DNA of 64,000 nucleotides. Origin: Paraspadella gotoi. Taxonomy: Eukaryota; Animalia; Chaetognatha. Every line of letters starts with the position of its first letter. Within the stretch, counting starts at the first letter, position 1. Position numbers and translations under genes: made by a program. This document shows positions 42,685-57,546 of this stretch, one piece after another. A model generated the notes under the pieces. The model was not told the origin of the DNA, did no database searches, and saw nothing but the letters and a program-made list of their open reading frames with translations. The stretch covers positions 16,551,802 to 16,615,801 of the forward strand of contig CM119263.1 of assembly GCA_051294375.1 (NCBI GenBank). Direction: 5' to 3'.

Positions 42685-45573
42685 AAAGGAATATCGCGGG
42701 AAGTCGCTCGATCGTAAACTTCTACTCGATAGAATGAGGAACAAGAATATTTTTTATTTGATTTTATAATGACGCTCAATATCGTAAAGACGATTTAATC
42801 GCAAGTGACGGTATAAATGACGTCGTAATCGTAAAGGACGTCAAAAGTCGACTAGGGGAGACGACGGGAATGACGCCGATGGCGATGAGGGGATCGGTGT
42901 GAACCAATACTAGTGTTATTTGTTTCTTTATTCAGTTCGGCGAATTGATGACAAAATAAAACATAAATCACTCAGAATATAAAATTTAAGAGAACCGATC
43001 AAAGCCAATTCGATATCATAAGAACATTTAGAAAAAAAAAACGGGATAAAATTCATCGTTCAAACCTTTTTTTCAAACATCACCACAAACTTTACTGCAG
43101 CCCCAACTACTGCCCTAATACGCATCAATGACCTCCCGTGAGCGGTGAACCCCGAGGTCACGTGCTCCCGCGAAATCCGTGACATTTAAAAGGAATCCTA
43201 TTAGAACGCGTAATGCGGAGGAGAGGAGGAGACGAGCAAATGACTTTTAATCTGGGGGAACGACGACGACGACGACGACGACGAAGACGACCGCGGAATC
43301 ACGTGATCGTTTCGTCCGCGGAGAGAAAGACGTTAATCGCGCCGCTTTTGTGAAGAGGACAGAAGCGGAGGTGAATGGAAGATTGGTGGTGAAGATGAAG
43401 ACGGTGGCGGTAGAGGAGGGGGAGTGAGTGGACGGTGGAGATTCCATCTCCCTCGGACAGTGAGACGTTAATCACCGACGAGAGTGAGAGGCGAGAAACG
43501 TTAATCGCGTTAAATCCCGACGGTGAGGGGGGGGGGGTTGAAAGCAAAAGCCGGGGAGAAACCGTGATTGGCCATCGAGGTTGGGAAGACCAAAACTTGC
43601 GAGGCTGACGAAGACTGTATAGTTTTGAGAAGATCGTCAATATTGATGGGTAATTTCGAGAGTTCAAGGAATAAAAAAAAAAATCGCTGAATAACGAAGT
43701 AATCCGACGAACTTACTTTGCCGAATACGGAGTAAAAAATTTGAAACTATCGAGTCTCTATAAAGTTAAACATTTATTTCCATGTACGTACTACGAAGTG
43801 AATCCACACTAGTCAGTCATTTCACTTATTTTCTCGCTTAACGAAAAGACGGACCAAACGCGACACCTCGGAGGTCATCCCCGGCGCCCGATCAAGGGTG
43901 GCCACAAACAAATCGAGAAATTCCCCTTCGCGACCTTACCCGCGTGAAAATCCTCCAATCAAGAAACCGAGCTTAACCCACCCGAAGGGGAAAAAAAATC
44001 CTCTTAAGAAAAAGAACCCAATCTCAGAGAAAAAAAATAAAGAACCGCGGCAATTAACGAACAAGGGGAGGAAAAAACAATTGGCGGTAATTTTTCGCTT
44101 AAAAAACGAATAACATCATCACGGCCGGGGACAGTTTGTTTAGTTTTCCCCGCGTCTAGAGCCGCCTTGGCGCCGTCGTCGACCGCGTTGCCATCGAGAT
44201 TTTCGCCAGAAGCTCCGCGAAAAAAAAACGCATGGACGGCATAAGACGCGCCACCAAAGAAGATCGCAAAATTGGATCATCCTCGGGGTCGTGCGACAAT
44301 GGTCGGATGATCTGTATATATCTCAGTATAGAAGGATCATCTCACGATAGACTGTAAGAGAGGATTCGGAGATGAACGCAAGGTCTGGAAACTTGATCAC
44401 AAGACTCGAGCAAACAGCATTCGGTAAGAATCTTTAAAGAAAATCACGAGATGCCAACTCTTTATATTGGGATTACAAATATACGAAGGCACGATCTCAA
44501 TGATTTTGATTACTATATAACTTTATTACTATATAATCGTTACCGCAATAACTTAAATATTGTTGAGATACAAACAAAAAATCGTTTTCGAAATCGTTTT
44601 TAACTCGCATTTCGTGTTTGTGGAACCGACTCCCGGTGAGTCGGGGCATTAATCCTCTTTAGCAGACGACAAGGATTGGCGACGGAACGACGAAATACTA
44701 CCATATCTTCGTCGGGGTCGTCGTCGTCGTCGTCATCGTCTTCACCTTCTCTTCTAGCCCGTTAATAACGTCTTATCTCCATCCTCTTTCGTCATGGAGA
44801 CACGGAAGGCGGTCCGAAGTTTGTCGTCGTCGTCGCCGTCGTTCATTTATGTCGTCCTCTCATGTGATGCGGTCTTTGTCGCCATTGTCCCTTTCACTCA
44901 CGGAGAAAATTGATGATATTTGGTCAAAGTCGTCGTCGTCGTCATTTGTAAGGTTGTTTTTTTGTCACCGTCTTCTTCGTCGTATCCGTCCGTCACATTC
45001 GTCGTCGTCATCGTCCGCTCCGCGTCGTCTGCATAAAACATGGGCTGCCCTCGGCATTCCGTCTTGCGGAGGCGGATCGAGAGGCGAGCGAAGAGCCGGA
45101 CACATTGCCGACAAATCTCCGCCGACATCCGGACGTTACCTCGCCGACCAACGGGGATCCCCACGAGTTGACGTCGCGGCAACAACCATTCCAACGGACG
45201 TTACGAAGATCGGATGACCGCGAGGGAGAGAGAGGGGGGGTGGAACCGATGGCAGTGGAAAAGGGGTTGTGCCTCCGTCGCCGCCGGAGGAGGTCCTTGC
45301 AGAGGGGTTGTGCCCTCGCCATGAAAAATGCAGCGAAAACCCCAGAACCCCCCGCTATCGTTTTCTTGTATACGAATTGTGCTGCGGGTAAGGAACGCGG
45401 CGGGCGGCCGCATTGTTGCCAAGATTGAAGGTCGGGGGGGTGGCTCGGGTGTAGGATGGCGGCGAGTCAGGCCAACCATGAACTAACCATGGATGAAAAG
45501 AATTATATACGGCGATAATTAAAAAAACATGGGAAAAGTTAAAAATGATGAACAAAAAGAGAGAAATAAAAAA

Positions 45574-45612
<39 letters not shown>

Positions 45613-45756
45613 GAGAGAGGAGGGGAGAGAGAGAGAAAAGAATTACATCGGTTTGAAGTATTCCAATTTGGTCCGAGTCGAGTCGGTTTATGACACATTC
45701 TTGTTCGAAACTGATCAGGGGCTATGAAAAGTTAAATATTTTTTCTGAATATTTCT

Positions 45757-45799
<43 letters not shown>

Positions 45800-47598
45800 C
45801 TCTTCTCTCTCTCATTCTGTCTACTCTTTACATCTGAATACAACACAAATCTAGTCTCCATTTCAAGAACTTTTGCTTTCAAAATTACCGAACCTTTTTA
45901 CGATTAACAATAAACTATTTACCATAGTAAACTCCCCGACCTTAACTCATAACTCCATACATATATCAAAACCTATTCAATTCACGAATTAAACATTGCA
46001 ACAGAATAATTTGCAAGGACGTCTAGAAAATAAGTGAATCAAAATTTTTAAGGCATTCACATTCACAACAAACGGACAAAGCAAAAAATGTCGAAATCAA
46101 CACACACAAATTGGCACGCAGCGTCTCTTCTCGTCAATCATCCATCGACCAAAAACGGAAATTATTTTTTTTTTTCTTTTTCTTTCGAGAATCGATTTCT
46201 ACCAGAAAAATCATCGCCGACCGAAAAGAATCTCGGCCAAACACCGACTCCTCTCCACTTTTCCTTCTCGTGAGTTTTACCCTGCTGCACTTTTATATTT
46301 AATTACTTCTCTACCTTTCTTCCGTCTTTCCGTTTCTTTCTATCAACCCTTTTTTTTACTTTTGTATTTTGCTACTTTTTTTCTTTAACTCGCCGGTTCT
46401 CTTTTTTTTTCGCCCATTTCTCTTTTTTAGTATTATCGGATAATTTATCCATTTATATTCAGCTGTCACATGAAAAGAAATTGTCAGTTTTCCCACTCAT
46501 TAACCTTTTTTGTTTTACTATCCCTTTCACTACATGCACACTTTATTACTTATAAATACAATTATAAAAAAAAACAAGACCTCTGTACATTCCTCGATTC
46601 TTTACCACTAGTAAATGAACAATAACCCCTACATTCCTTAAAAAAAATCGCCTCATTAACCTCTCCAATTCTCCCTCTTTTCCTTCCTCGCCATCTACGC
46701 CCCGCAGGTCCCTTCTCCCTCACCCCATCTTCCCTCTCTCCTTTCGTCGACCTCGGAGTCCCCGGTGATTCTAGGGCATTAAAAGGCCAGCCCCGTCGCC
46801 CCGGGCTCCGGCGGAGGCGAAGAGGTTAATAAGTTGTTTCTCGGTGAAAAATTTCGCCAGAAATGAAAGGGATTCTTCGTCTTGGAGGTTTCGAAAGTGG
46901 GGGGGGCGGATGGGAAATGGGCGCGAGGGGGAAGGAAGAAGAAAGCGGGCGTGGCCGAGTCGGTGGCCAGGGGGATGAAGGAGGAGGGCCAAGGGTTTGG
47001 ACTTTTGAATAAGAAGCGTGAGGACAATTGACGCATAATTTAGTATGTATTTCAGTAATGAGATAAAGTTATGATGTGATATGATGTAGGAAAAAAAATA
47101 CTTATTACTTAATGCAATAAGAAATTTCACATGAAAAAAAAAGATTAAAAGGAAATATTATTGCTAACCGTAGATTTAAAAAAAAAAAGCTTCAGCCAAA
47201 GATTCAATAATCTACAATATTTATATACTCGAGGGGAAATAATATGTAAATCACCGAATGTTATTGAACAATTTGTATTCAGACGTTCTAGTTAAAGTTC
47301 TCGACCACCGTTGAAATCTCTGGGGAAGCTTCTTTAGTTCATGGAGTGTAATGAGGTTCGAGGGAGTTAGAAAGATGAAAGAGAAACAAAGCAAAGAAAG
47401 AGAAAAATTAGGAGAGATAAAAAGAGAGAAAAAGCGAAAAGGAAAAGAGACAGACAGACAGAGAGTGAATGATTTTTTTTTTAAATGAAAGAGAGAAATC
47501 GTTTCGACGAGTGGGTCTCAAATAAGAAATCGAGTAAAGGCCGAAGAAACAAGTGATTGTTTGTCTTAACAATAATAACTCTCGATGACGATGAGGAG

Positions 47599-47638
<40 letters not shown>

Positions 47639-47970
47639 AGAGGAGAGAGCAGGGGGGAGTGGAGAGCAAAGAGGGAAAAGACGGAGGCGGGAGGAGAGAG
47701 AGAACGGAGAATCTTTTTACTCCCAGAGAAAATGTTTTCTTGCTCCACATCTTCACGGTGTTTTCGAGTGATCCTCACAAATTTCTCAAGATTTGCCGCC
47801 TCTTAGTCCTCAGGGTGTTCTCTCCCCGCCCCGTGCTTGCAATCCAAAAAGTGGTCGCTTTAAATGCGCGAATATTATTTTATATTTTACATTTCATATG
47901 TTGACGATCAACGTAAATTATTGGATAATTTATGTGGTTTTAACGATTAGAATTCATGATTTTGTCAAGA

Positions 47971-48011
<41 letters not shown>

Positions 48012-49028
48012 ATAGAATCGCATCGTTTTTTAAACTGTGCGACACGACCTTTGTTTTTTATGCCTGAATTGATAACGTTTCTCGCTCGGGGCTTTCGTTT
48101 CTTCTCTCATGCCACGGGTCATGAGGTAGTGGGTTGATATTGGTCGCTTCAGGGTTAAGCTATTAAGATGATTTCTTTCTGCGCCTTATCATAAAGTTTC
48201 AAAATTTCACAAACATACAGTTTCGTAAACTGTAAATAATCAGCGAATCTTTAAATTTGTTTTTATTTCCAAAGACTTTAAAATTTGTCCAGTGTCCAGG
48301 GAATAACTTTCACCAAGCTAAGGGAAAAAAAAAATCACAAAATGATTTTTTTTTTCAATCCCTCAAGGTACAAATCAAAACGGACAACCAAAGTCGCAAA
48401 AGCCGGGTCGAGCGGTATTTCGACCCCGGGGTTCGATCGGGAGAGGAACCTCCACCGAAGCCAGTTTATAGAAATTAGAGAACTTTGTTTGTTGATCAAA
48501 AACCCGTCAAAGAGAGAAAAGTTGAAAAAAAAATGACGTCGGAGAAGAAACGAGGACAGATTTTGGAGGTTTTCCCCTCCAGTTTCAACCCGACGGGGAA
48601 GATTGGGAAACAAACAAGACTCCTAATTTTTATCAAATAAAAAGTTACTACAAAATAGAATATGTAAAGAGAAAGAGAGAGAGAGAGAGAGAGGTAAAAA
48701 AAAAAAAAACTATAGATTTAGTCCGTTATGAACCTTTTCTGAGTTCACACCAAAATTCGAATTTTAAAATATTGTGTTCTGTCATTTGAAAAAACAATAA
48801 AGACTTGATTACAAGCTAAAAAAACATTAAAAAATAAATTTAAGGTTCGAGTGGGCGCAAAACATTTGTCTCTTGTTTTTGGCATAAAAAATTGGTCACA
48901 ATCACCAGTATATATTGAAAACATAGGAAAACATTGAAATCAGGTACGGACTGAAGGGAAATATGAACTAATTCAGGACCACTTTGTCAAGACTCGCAAC
49001 ACGTGAAATCGTTATAGTTCGCGATGTA

Positions 49029-49084
<56 letters not shown>

Positions 49085-49290
49085 TTTCCATATCGACCTT
49101 TGGAGTTGAGCTAAAATCTTTATCCGCAAGTTTCGGCATCTTTCCTACTTTCATCTGAAAAAACTACTATTATATGACCCAGTCTATTTGAAAGAAGACC
49201 AGAAAATAAATAAAAAGAGAAAAATATTTAAAGTTACGAAAAAGAAAGGAAACAAAGAAAAAAAAGATAGAAAAAAAAGAAAGAAAAAAA

Positions 49291-49330
<40 letters not shown>

Positions 49331-52300
49331 AGTAATTAAGGAAATCAGGAAACAAAGAAATAAGGAAACAAGGAAATAAAGAAAGAAAAAAGGAGGAAAT
49401 GTATGAGCTTAAAAGGAAGGTAGATGTAAATAGAAGAGAAAGAAATAAAGATAAAAATATTAATACAGAAATGATGCAACGTTGGAAAAAAGAAAGAAAA
49501 ATGGAAGAATGCGATAAGAATAAGAAAGAAAGAACTATTTGAGGCATTAATTAATCAGCCGGAATTTGAAAAAAAAAGAGATTAATCAGTATCTCTTTGC
49601 CCTTTTTTCGTTGATCCGGGCCGGCGGACATGACCACCGATCCATCGACCGGCCAACCAGCAAAAAAATTCGACGACAGCCTAGAACCTAGCGGACAATC
49701 TATCGACCATAAGACCATTCAACCGAAGTTAAATTCCATCTTTAAAAAAAAAATTACTTTTTGTTTTTGTTTTTAATTTTTGTTTGCTTCTTTCCATTTT
49801 AAAATTGTCTTGCCTTTTTTTGTTTCTTCCTTATTTTCTTCCATGGTCTTTTGACCCTTTTCCTTTCCATGAAAGGTTGGCGAATAAGGCGTAGTAAAAT
49901 TTCTAAATTTAACTTTAATTAAAATTCTAAAAGTGAGGAACGAACAACATTATACTAATGAACATTTATGTATAAAAAAAATTTATAATAAATTTTACAA
50001 TTTACGCAGTAGGCCATATTTATACTAACTAGTACTAATCCAATAAATGTTAAAATTTCAAAACAGTTTTTTCTAAGATTTTTTTGCAGATTTGGATTCG
50101 TCATAAAAAGTTGATAAAAAGAAACATATCTCTTTTTAAAAAATTCCTTCATTAAGTGAGTCAAAAATTAGAAAAAGCTATATTTTAAACTGAAAATTAA
50201 CTTTTTATATATTAAATATAGTTTTTGTCATTTTTAACCCACTTAATGAAAGAAAAGCCTATTTTGAAATTTTTCGATTTTATAAGGATAGTACTATATA
50301 TAAATATAGCCTACTGCGAAAATTAAAAAACATAAAATTAATTTTTTAAAAAAATTAATGTTCACTGATGGTATGTTGTTCATAATTGACCTTTAGAATT
50401 TTCGTACGTAACTTTCTCTACGCCTTATTGGCGAACTTCCTAGGCTCCGTTCATAAACGACGACGATGTCGCATTTTGTTACGAAAGACTTTATTTAGCG
50501 GATTAATTATCCTGAATCGAAATTCATGTCCATCGCCCAGATTCGGACATCTTAACCCCGAGATTGGGAAGGTAAAGAAATCGGATATGTTTACATAATC
50601 CACGCCCCGTCTCAGAGCAACGTCCCCCTGTTTTGAGAGAGACGAGAGGAGAGGAAAAGGCAGATAAAAGATAGGTTAAGGAGGAGGAAGAAAATAAGAT
50701 GCAACGAATTCCCTAACGCAAACTTTGAGACCCGAAATTGTCTAAATTTCCAAAGCCGATAAAAATTAAACGGTATGTTATTGCAGTGTTTCTATCCTTT
50801 TTCTTGAAATTCCTCAATTTTTCCCAACTCCTGGTAATTTAGTGCCCATATCCAGAAACTCAATTCTCTTTTAGTACGAACGATTAAAGTTTTTACGAGA
50901 TTCGATTAGATTTTGATGTAATTTCATATTTTTTTTAATGACGGGCTTTTGATGATCTCATTAACCGTACTATAACCATGTAGCGAAAAACGAGGGATGT
51001 ACCTAGTTTCTCTGAAGTATTTTATGGAAATATTTTTCTCTGTTTTCCCCTTAGAGACGATTTAGCTTCGACATAAAGAGTCTCAGATTTTACTCCAGTT
51101 TTTTTATAGGATTTATCCCCAAAAACGTGCGTGTTGATGAGACGGTCGTGGTCGGCGTTGTCATCGTTATCTCCTCCTCAGTCATCAAATTATGACATGC
51201 CGCATCTTTTTATTTTTTTGTGTGGTGTTTGTAGCAATACACTGTTTGTCTTAGCTCAGTATTGCGTGTCACAATATCGCGCCTTTTTTTAACGAAATCT
51301 CTATATATACGTCGTCATAAACCATGTTGAAATACTATCAATTACGTTTCCTTGAACCGATTCATTTTCGATTCGTAGGAACTGACTTTTTGGCGCTAAC
51401 AACACTTAAGGCTCGGTGTGCGAGCGCTTCCGCTGCTACGGGCGACGCCGCAGCCGCCGTCTGAGGCCGGCGAGTTTCCGTCTAGTGGAATCGGCGTGTC
51501 TCGGTTTCAGACCGGCGTCGGCATCGTCATCGTCGTCGTCCCTCGTCCATTTTCGACGCCGGAACCGCATTTTGCGTCTAAGTTTAGTAAAGAAGGCAGA
51601 CGACGGGAGAAACGAAAATATACCAACTAGAATCAAAACGACGACGACAAAGACGAGGACAATTCTCAAAGATGACAAACTTGGGACGACGACGACATCG
51701 ATAGTCGAAGGCCGGGTTTTATTTTATGCCCTAATCCTTTGTCCTATGGGTTGGCGCGGTTAGGAGAACAAGTTAATCCGATTAAATCCTCTTCTGAAGA
51801 AAACGGGGTCAGAAACGAGGATTCGTTCCATCTTTGCTCGCTCGCCTGTTTCTTCGTTTGAAAGAGTTAATAATTTTGTATGTATTCAGGTATGGAGCGA
51901 AAAAAATGAAACAATTACAATAGTGTACTTGAGTTGATTAACTATTTAAAATTTTTAAAAAATGTCCCTAGAGGTCAAAGAAATTGGGTGAGGTCTGGAG
52001 ATGAGGTCGTTAACGTCGAAGCGTAGAAATCTTTAATTTCTTCCTCGTTATCCTCGTTTTGGGCCTCGTATCGTCATAGACGCCGTAAAATGTTATAAAC
52101 TAGCATGTAAATGACTGCCTCTCTCTCTCTCCCTTTCCCCCTCCTATCTCTCTCTCTCTCCACATAAAAATTCTTAATCTTTCAACAAACTATGAGTTAT
52201 TGATTGAGTTCATCGTGCGGAGTTTTTCGTTAGAATGCAACATTTGATCCCTGATGAGTCACTTTTGGTACAAAACCATTTCGATGCTATTGATCTACGT

Positions 52301-53528
52301 AAATATGATATTTATTTTTAAAAAATAAAAGTAATGTCTAAATAATAAATAATAACTTTTATTAATTATTAAAAATGTAATCTTATATAATCTTTAAAAA
52401 AAAACACACTAAAAGTTTAATTTTCATAGAAGACTTTCCACCGATATGTTCGTAAACATAAAAGTTTATTCCAGTTTTATTCCGGTACCATTAAAAAAAT
52501 TAAGTCAGAAGATCCGAGTGCTGATTGCTGGAACAGAGCTGAGAGAGAAAGAACCGCATCCCATTGTGGTCGCATAATCTGTGTCTAGAATATGATCCAC
52601 TTTCTCTCAAGAGAGAGAGAGAGAGAGAAAGAGAAAGAGAGAGAGAGATAGTAGAGTTGAGGTTTTTTCTCCTTCCGGTTTTTTGTATCGAGGCGCAACG
52701 GACCGTGGCGGCCGAGCGATGATGCAGGAAATGCAGGTCGCGGGGCCAGAGGGAGATAGAGGAGGGCTGGGATGAAAGTGAGGGGTAGTGAAGGGAGAAA
52801 AGAGTGGCGAGGTTGAGGTGGGTGCCGGTCCGACAGGGGATGCCCGCCCGGCCGACCAGTTTTCGTGGACGATCGCATGGGAGAAGACGCTGTTCGCCAC
52901 GAAGGTCGAAAGTGGTTAAATAAGAAAATGGGTAAGTTCTCTTTTCGGGAGAATGGTTTTGAAAAGAAACGTTAACGGTAATTGAATAAAAAGAAATTAA
53001 AGAGAGGAAGTTTGAAAGCTGAATCGGATGACTTTGCAAAGGGCGGAGCAGCAGAGGTCGAAACCAAGCGCATTGCTTCAAAATAATGAAATTTTAGTTT
53101 CTTAAAAAGCCTTTACAGTCGATAAGTATTAGTAAAAAACAACAGAATACGTTGAGGGAACTACGATTGATTTATCCACGAAAAAAGACGCAAATCTCCA
53201 TAGATACAACGTTGATACAATTTTCCAGACATGAATAATAAAAACAACAAGTATCAGACACAACAAACACGACGAGCGCCCACAAATTCCATCGCCCCTT
53301 CGGTCCCTTCCCCCCCTCCCACCATGAAAAAAAAAACGTCGACGCAGGGTATTTTCAGCGACAGGAAGGAGGCGGCTTCCGCGACAATCGACCGCCAGAG
53401 TCGCCAAACAGACGCGTCCATGGGAGAGAGAGATGCGTGCGACGACGAAGGCCAAATCGAAGAAGGAAAACCGCAACGCGAACGGCAACGACGACAATCA
53501 GCAAAACGACGACGAAATATTCATTTTT

Positions 53529-53614
<86 letters not shown>

Positions 53615-54092
53615 GCTTAAGACTTCCGGGGTTACTCATGAAGCGATCAAACAACAATGGGGGAAAAAAATGGTGAAGGTGTGGACGCAAAGGCTCATAT
53701 AGTAGTCAAAACGAAATCGCTTCAGAAACGGCGCGGGACGAAAGGCGAGTCTTTTATGATTTGTTGGGCGTGGCACGACGAATGCCCGATCAATCGGAAC
53801 GAAGGATAGGGGGATTTTGATTTTAGATCAGGTGGAAACCAGAGATGGAGAGTAGGTGGAAAGTGAAAGGTGGTTGAGGATGGGAATGATAAGTTGATGT
53901 GTGGATGAGTTGAGTTTTGAAAGAAGATTTTCTAAATAAATTAATTAATAATTTTTTTTTCTTTCTTTTTTTCTTTTTTTCTTTCTCTAATCATTTCTTT
54001 CTCTTCTCTCTCCCTCAACGGTCAAGGTCCCAAAATCTGGCAGATTGACAAATGCCCTCGATAAATGTACGACGCTGATGGGGTGGAAGGAA

Positions 54093-54182
<90 letters not shown>

Positions 54183-57100
54183 ACCACTCAGAGATAGGAT
54201 TGAAACAAATGATCAGAATTTGATCGGTAGAAAATATGGAGATGCTTTAATGACAATATCTATGAACCAATTGGGGGGGAAAAAATACGTTGCGAAGCCT
54301 TTTAAATAAATATTACAGTATTACAATATTAATGAACAACAAACAGCCAACTTAATGATAATCACAGTTGTACGGAGATAAGATAATTTTTATTTCATTT
54401 CATTGCATAGGAAAATTTTCACAACTTTTTTTAAAAACCCACGAAACCACAAAATTTTCTCCGCCCACCAAATGAAACTTGATTAGCGGAAGCGAAGAGT
54501 CGATCGCAAACGTATTTCTCGGAAAAGCCACAAACTCCTGATGGCCGAGGGCGCTTCACCAATGAAGATGTTATTTCAGAAATATGTTCCCTAGGGTTTG
54601 GTAGATTATATTATAACAACATTAATATCTTCAGGAAACTAGATTCCTCGGCTTCCGGTGACCTTTAAACTTTTCTTGACTAAAAAGTTAATAAAAAATA
54701 TCGCCGAAGCTTGTAAACGATTTAGAACAAGCACCAAAAACAACCAACAAGCTTGATACAGCCCATGGGGGAAAACGGGGAATTTCGCAGAGACCGCAAA
54801 AACGTGAAATATGGTGTAAGCTCGATTTTGCCGTTGATAAAAGAAAAGGAATTCCCGAGAACAAATGTTTTAATTTTCACTGAATGAGTAACTGACTATT
54901 TTTTACAAATTTCTTTTATGTTACGTATGTGTTGCGTTTTTTACATGAATTACCCAACGGATCGTTTCTCAACCATTACGTTGGCCCACGCCGCCTTTAA
55001 ATACCGTAGATATCGAAATGACAAAAAAACTATCAGTGATTTAAACACTTTTTTAAAGTGAAAAGCTTTCAAATAAAGAAAATTCGTAAATCTAACACGA
55101 TAAAGAACGACGAAATTTTTTTTTTAAACACACAGTGATTTTATTCTTAATTGGATTCGACTTTGATATGAAAGGATTCGGCCGGCCGGACCTCCCCCAT
55201 AGATGCCTACAATTGAGAGGCGCTTTTGTGATTAGCGATGTTTTCGTAACATCTAAGTCTGGAAAATCAAAGAAACACCATCTGAAAGAGATTAATTTCG
55301 GGGAAAGAGAGCCACTCTTGGTGAACGATCGCATAAATAATTCGTGAAGAGCATTGTCTTTGCAATCTATTTTACAATTTGTAAAAAACAAGAAAGCCGA
55401 AATCCCACAATAAATATCGATCAATTTATGTCAATTGATTGTATCGTCTGAATTCAACAATTTTACATTTCAAAAAAAAATTTTTCCGATCTATTCAAAT
55501 GGTGTAACGCCCCCCTTCGGAAGAAACCTTGGAAAGCGAGAGACTTCCGATTAACCAGATAATTCCGGTTGCTACAATACGGAAACAATGAAAAAAAAAC
55601 TCATTTGTTAATGAGGCCGAAAGAAAACGGAGCCCCATCTTGCGTCGTTAGTACACGTTAGTTCACACCTTTGAAAAAAAAAAATCGGTTTTTTTCTCTC
55701 GTATGTTTGACTTCGGACGACAAATAAACCGCGTGTTTGATTTTTTTTTTAGGCTGAGGTAATAAGCAAACTTTTTGAGGATTTGATGATATGCAAACTC
55801 GCGGAGTCGTTCAAATTGATTCTTTTGTTTGATCTTTTAACCGAAAGAAATCGATGAGGATCATCCAAAAACAAATGCGTCAACGAAAAACAATGATACC
55901 GATGACGATGATTAATCATGACCTGATCATTGGGATCAAATACAGCGTTAAAATGTGACTTTTAGCTGAATACGCCATTCCATTAAAATACCAGGAGAAC
56001 AATACTAGTTAAATTATTTCGGATATCGATATAGTAAGATCTATTACGAAATAGGGCAAAAAATTACTAGTAAATCATACTTATTCCCTTGGATGAGTAA
56101 AAAAAAAAAATACAAACAAACTCCAAAATATTATTTTCATGAATTACTAAAGGTTTTCGTCGTTGCCGTTTTGTCTGCTTCGTAGAAAGAAATCTTATCA
56201 ACGAGCCTTGTATCGCCCTCTTCTCAGCATAACATTAAATTAGAAAAATAACGATAAGGGAGCTGTATCAAAAGGTGATCCCATAATTTTGATATTCGCC
56301 TATAGTTATACCTTGGCAACGTTTCGTTATTTTAAAAATAACTCGTTTTTTTAAAAAACTTCAGAGGTACTTTAGTAGAAATACGAATTGAATTCAATGA
56401 AACCAAAACTGAGCTCAGACACGATGAGATAGTTTTTAGTCGAGAAACAAAGGATTTAACATTACTTTAAGTTACTACTATATTTATTATTAATTTATGA
56501 GAAGTGATTGGACGGCTTTGAACGTTTTACCAACAGGAGAAAACTGTTACTCATAAGCCCAGGTACTATGGCCATTAAATTTAAAATCATTGTCAACCTT
56601 CTTAATGTCCCACGCTTCTGGTTGAGCTATCTATTATTACAACAAAAACAAAAACAAACAAAAAAACCAAAAAAAACTAAAGATAAAAAAAAGCGACGAT
56701 TCATCGATATCCTTGAGATGTTTACGTCTACGTCAACACTTTCTTACCATGTCTATGACCCATTGTAAAGGGATTTGGCCCATATTTGAAATTGTAAAAC
56801 TTTCAACACAGAAACTACTTTATATGCAAAAAATGACAAATAAAAAGCTGAACATGGTGAGAAGAACAGGGCAAAACGTAAAGGTTTGCAAAGCAGACGA
56901 GAATACGAGCGTACAAACTTGTTGACAGTAAAGGCACATTGTCATAAATTAGCTGATTGCAGAGACTGAGAGTGTATTAACGCTATAGAATCTCATTAAA
57001 AATTAATCACAGATTCGAGAAAAAGAAACCAAATTATGAACATAAAACACTCGTTGTTAAAAGCAATCTTGCTGCTGGGATATCAAGCAACGTCAACTAA

Positions 57101-57195
57101 AATAAAATGGCCTTCCGTTCTCATATTGTCAATTTTTACTAGGACAATAAATTTTGTTGAATACTAAACTAGGTATGTAAACTTTTCGAACTCAC

Positions 57196-57323
57196 CTGTC
57201 TCGGGGATCGATCCAGGTCGTCCTCTTCATTCGGTGATCGATGTAAAACGTCTTCCCGTCGTAGTCTTTGCCCATTTCCCACCCGGGAGGAAGGTTCGTA
57301 GTTCCGTTGCGTTTTCTCGCCAT
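57196..57323 (-). CDS. kibra: Kibra/WWC-family protein, coding exon 1 (first WW domain)
   Basis: Missed by the ORF track because it is short. It translates as [42 protein letters not shown](R) and is followed by AG|GTGAGT. This matches the KIBRA/WWC N-terminus ([30 protein letters not shown]), including an exon ending at DPRDR. Confidence 0.92.
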
Positions 57324-57434
57324 TTTGCGCTCATGTTGCGCTCACTCGTCGCACATGATGCTTGTCGTTTCTGGGGTTTTCATTTTGTCTCGATTTTCCA
57401 ATGTTTTTGTGGACTCCATCTTTGAGTTAGTTCG

Positions 57435-57546
57435 TGACGTCACTTGGATTATCGAGCCAATCATAGCTCGGTTTTGACGTCACTAGGAACTCTCGACCAA
57501 TCACAGTCGGCATTTTTTCGCATCTACGTCACGAAGATCGGAATGT
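57435..57546 (-). promoter_or_regulatory. kibra proximal promoter: 2x (CRE + CCAAT box) and one TEAD-type GGAATG
   Basis: TGACGTCA at 57435 and 57475; RRCCAATCA cores at 57457 and 57497; GGAATGT at 57540; about 110-220 bp upstream of the kibra ATG. Confidence 0.65.
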
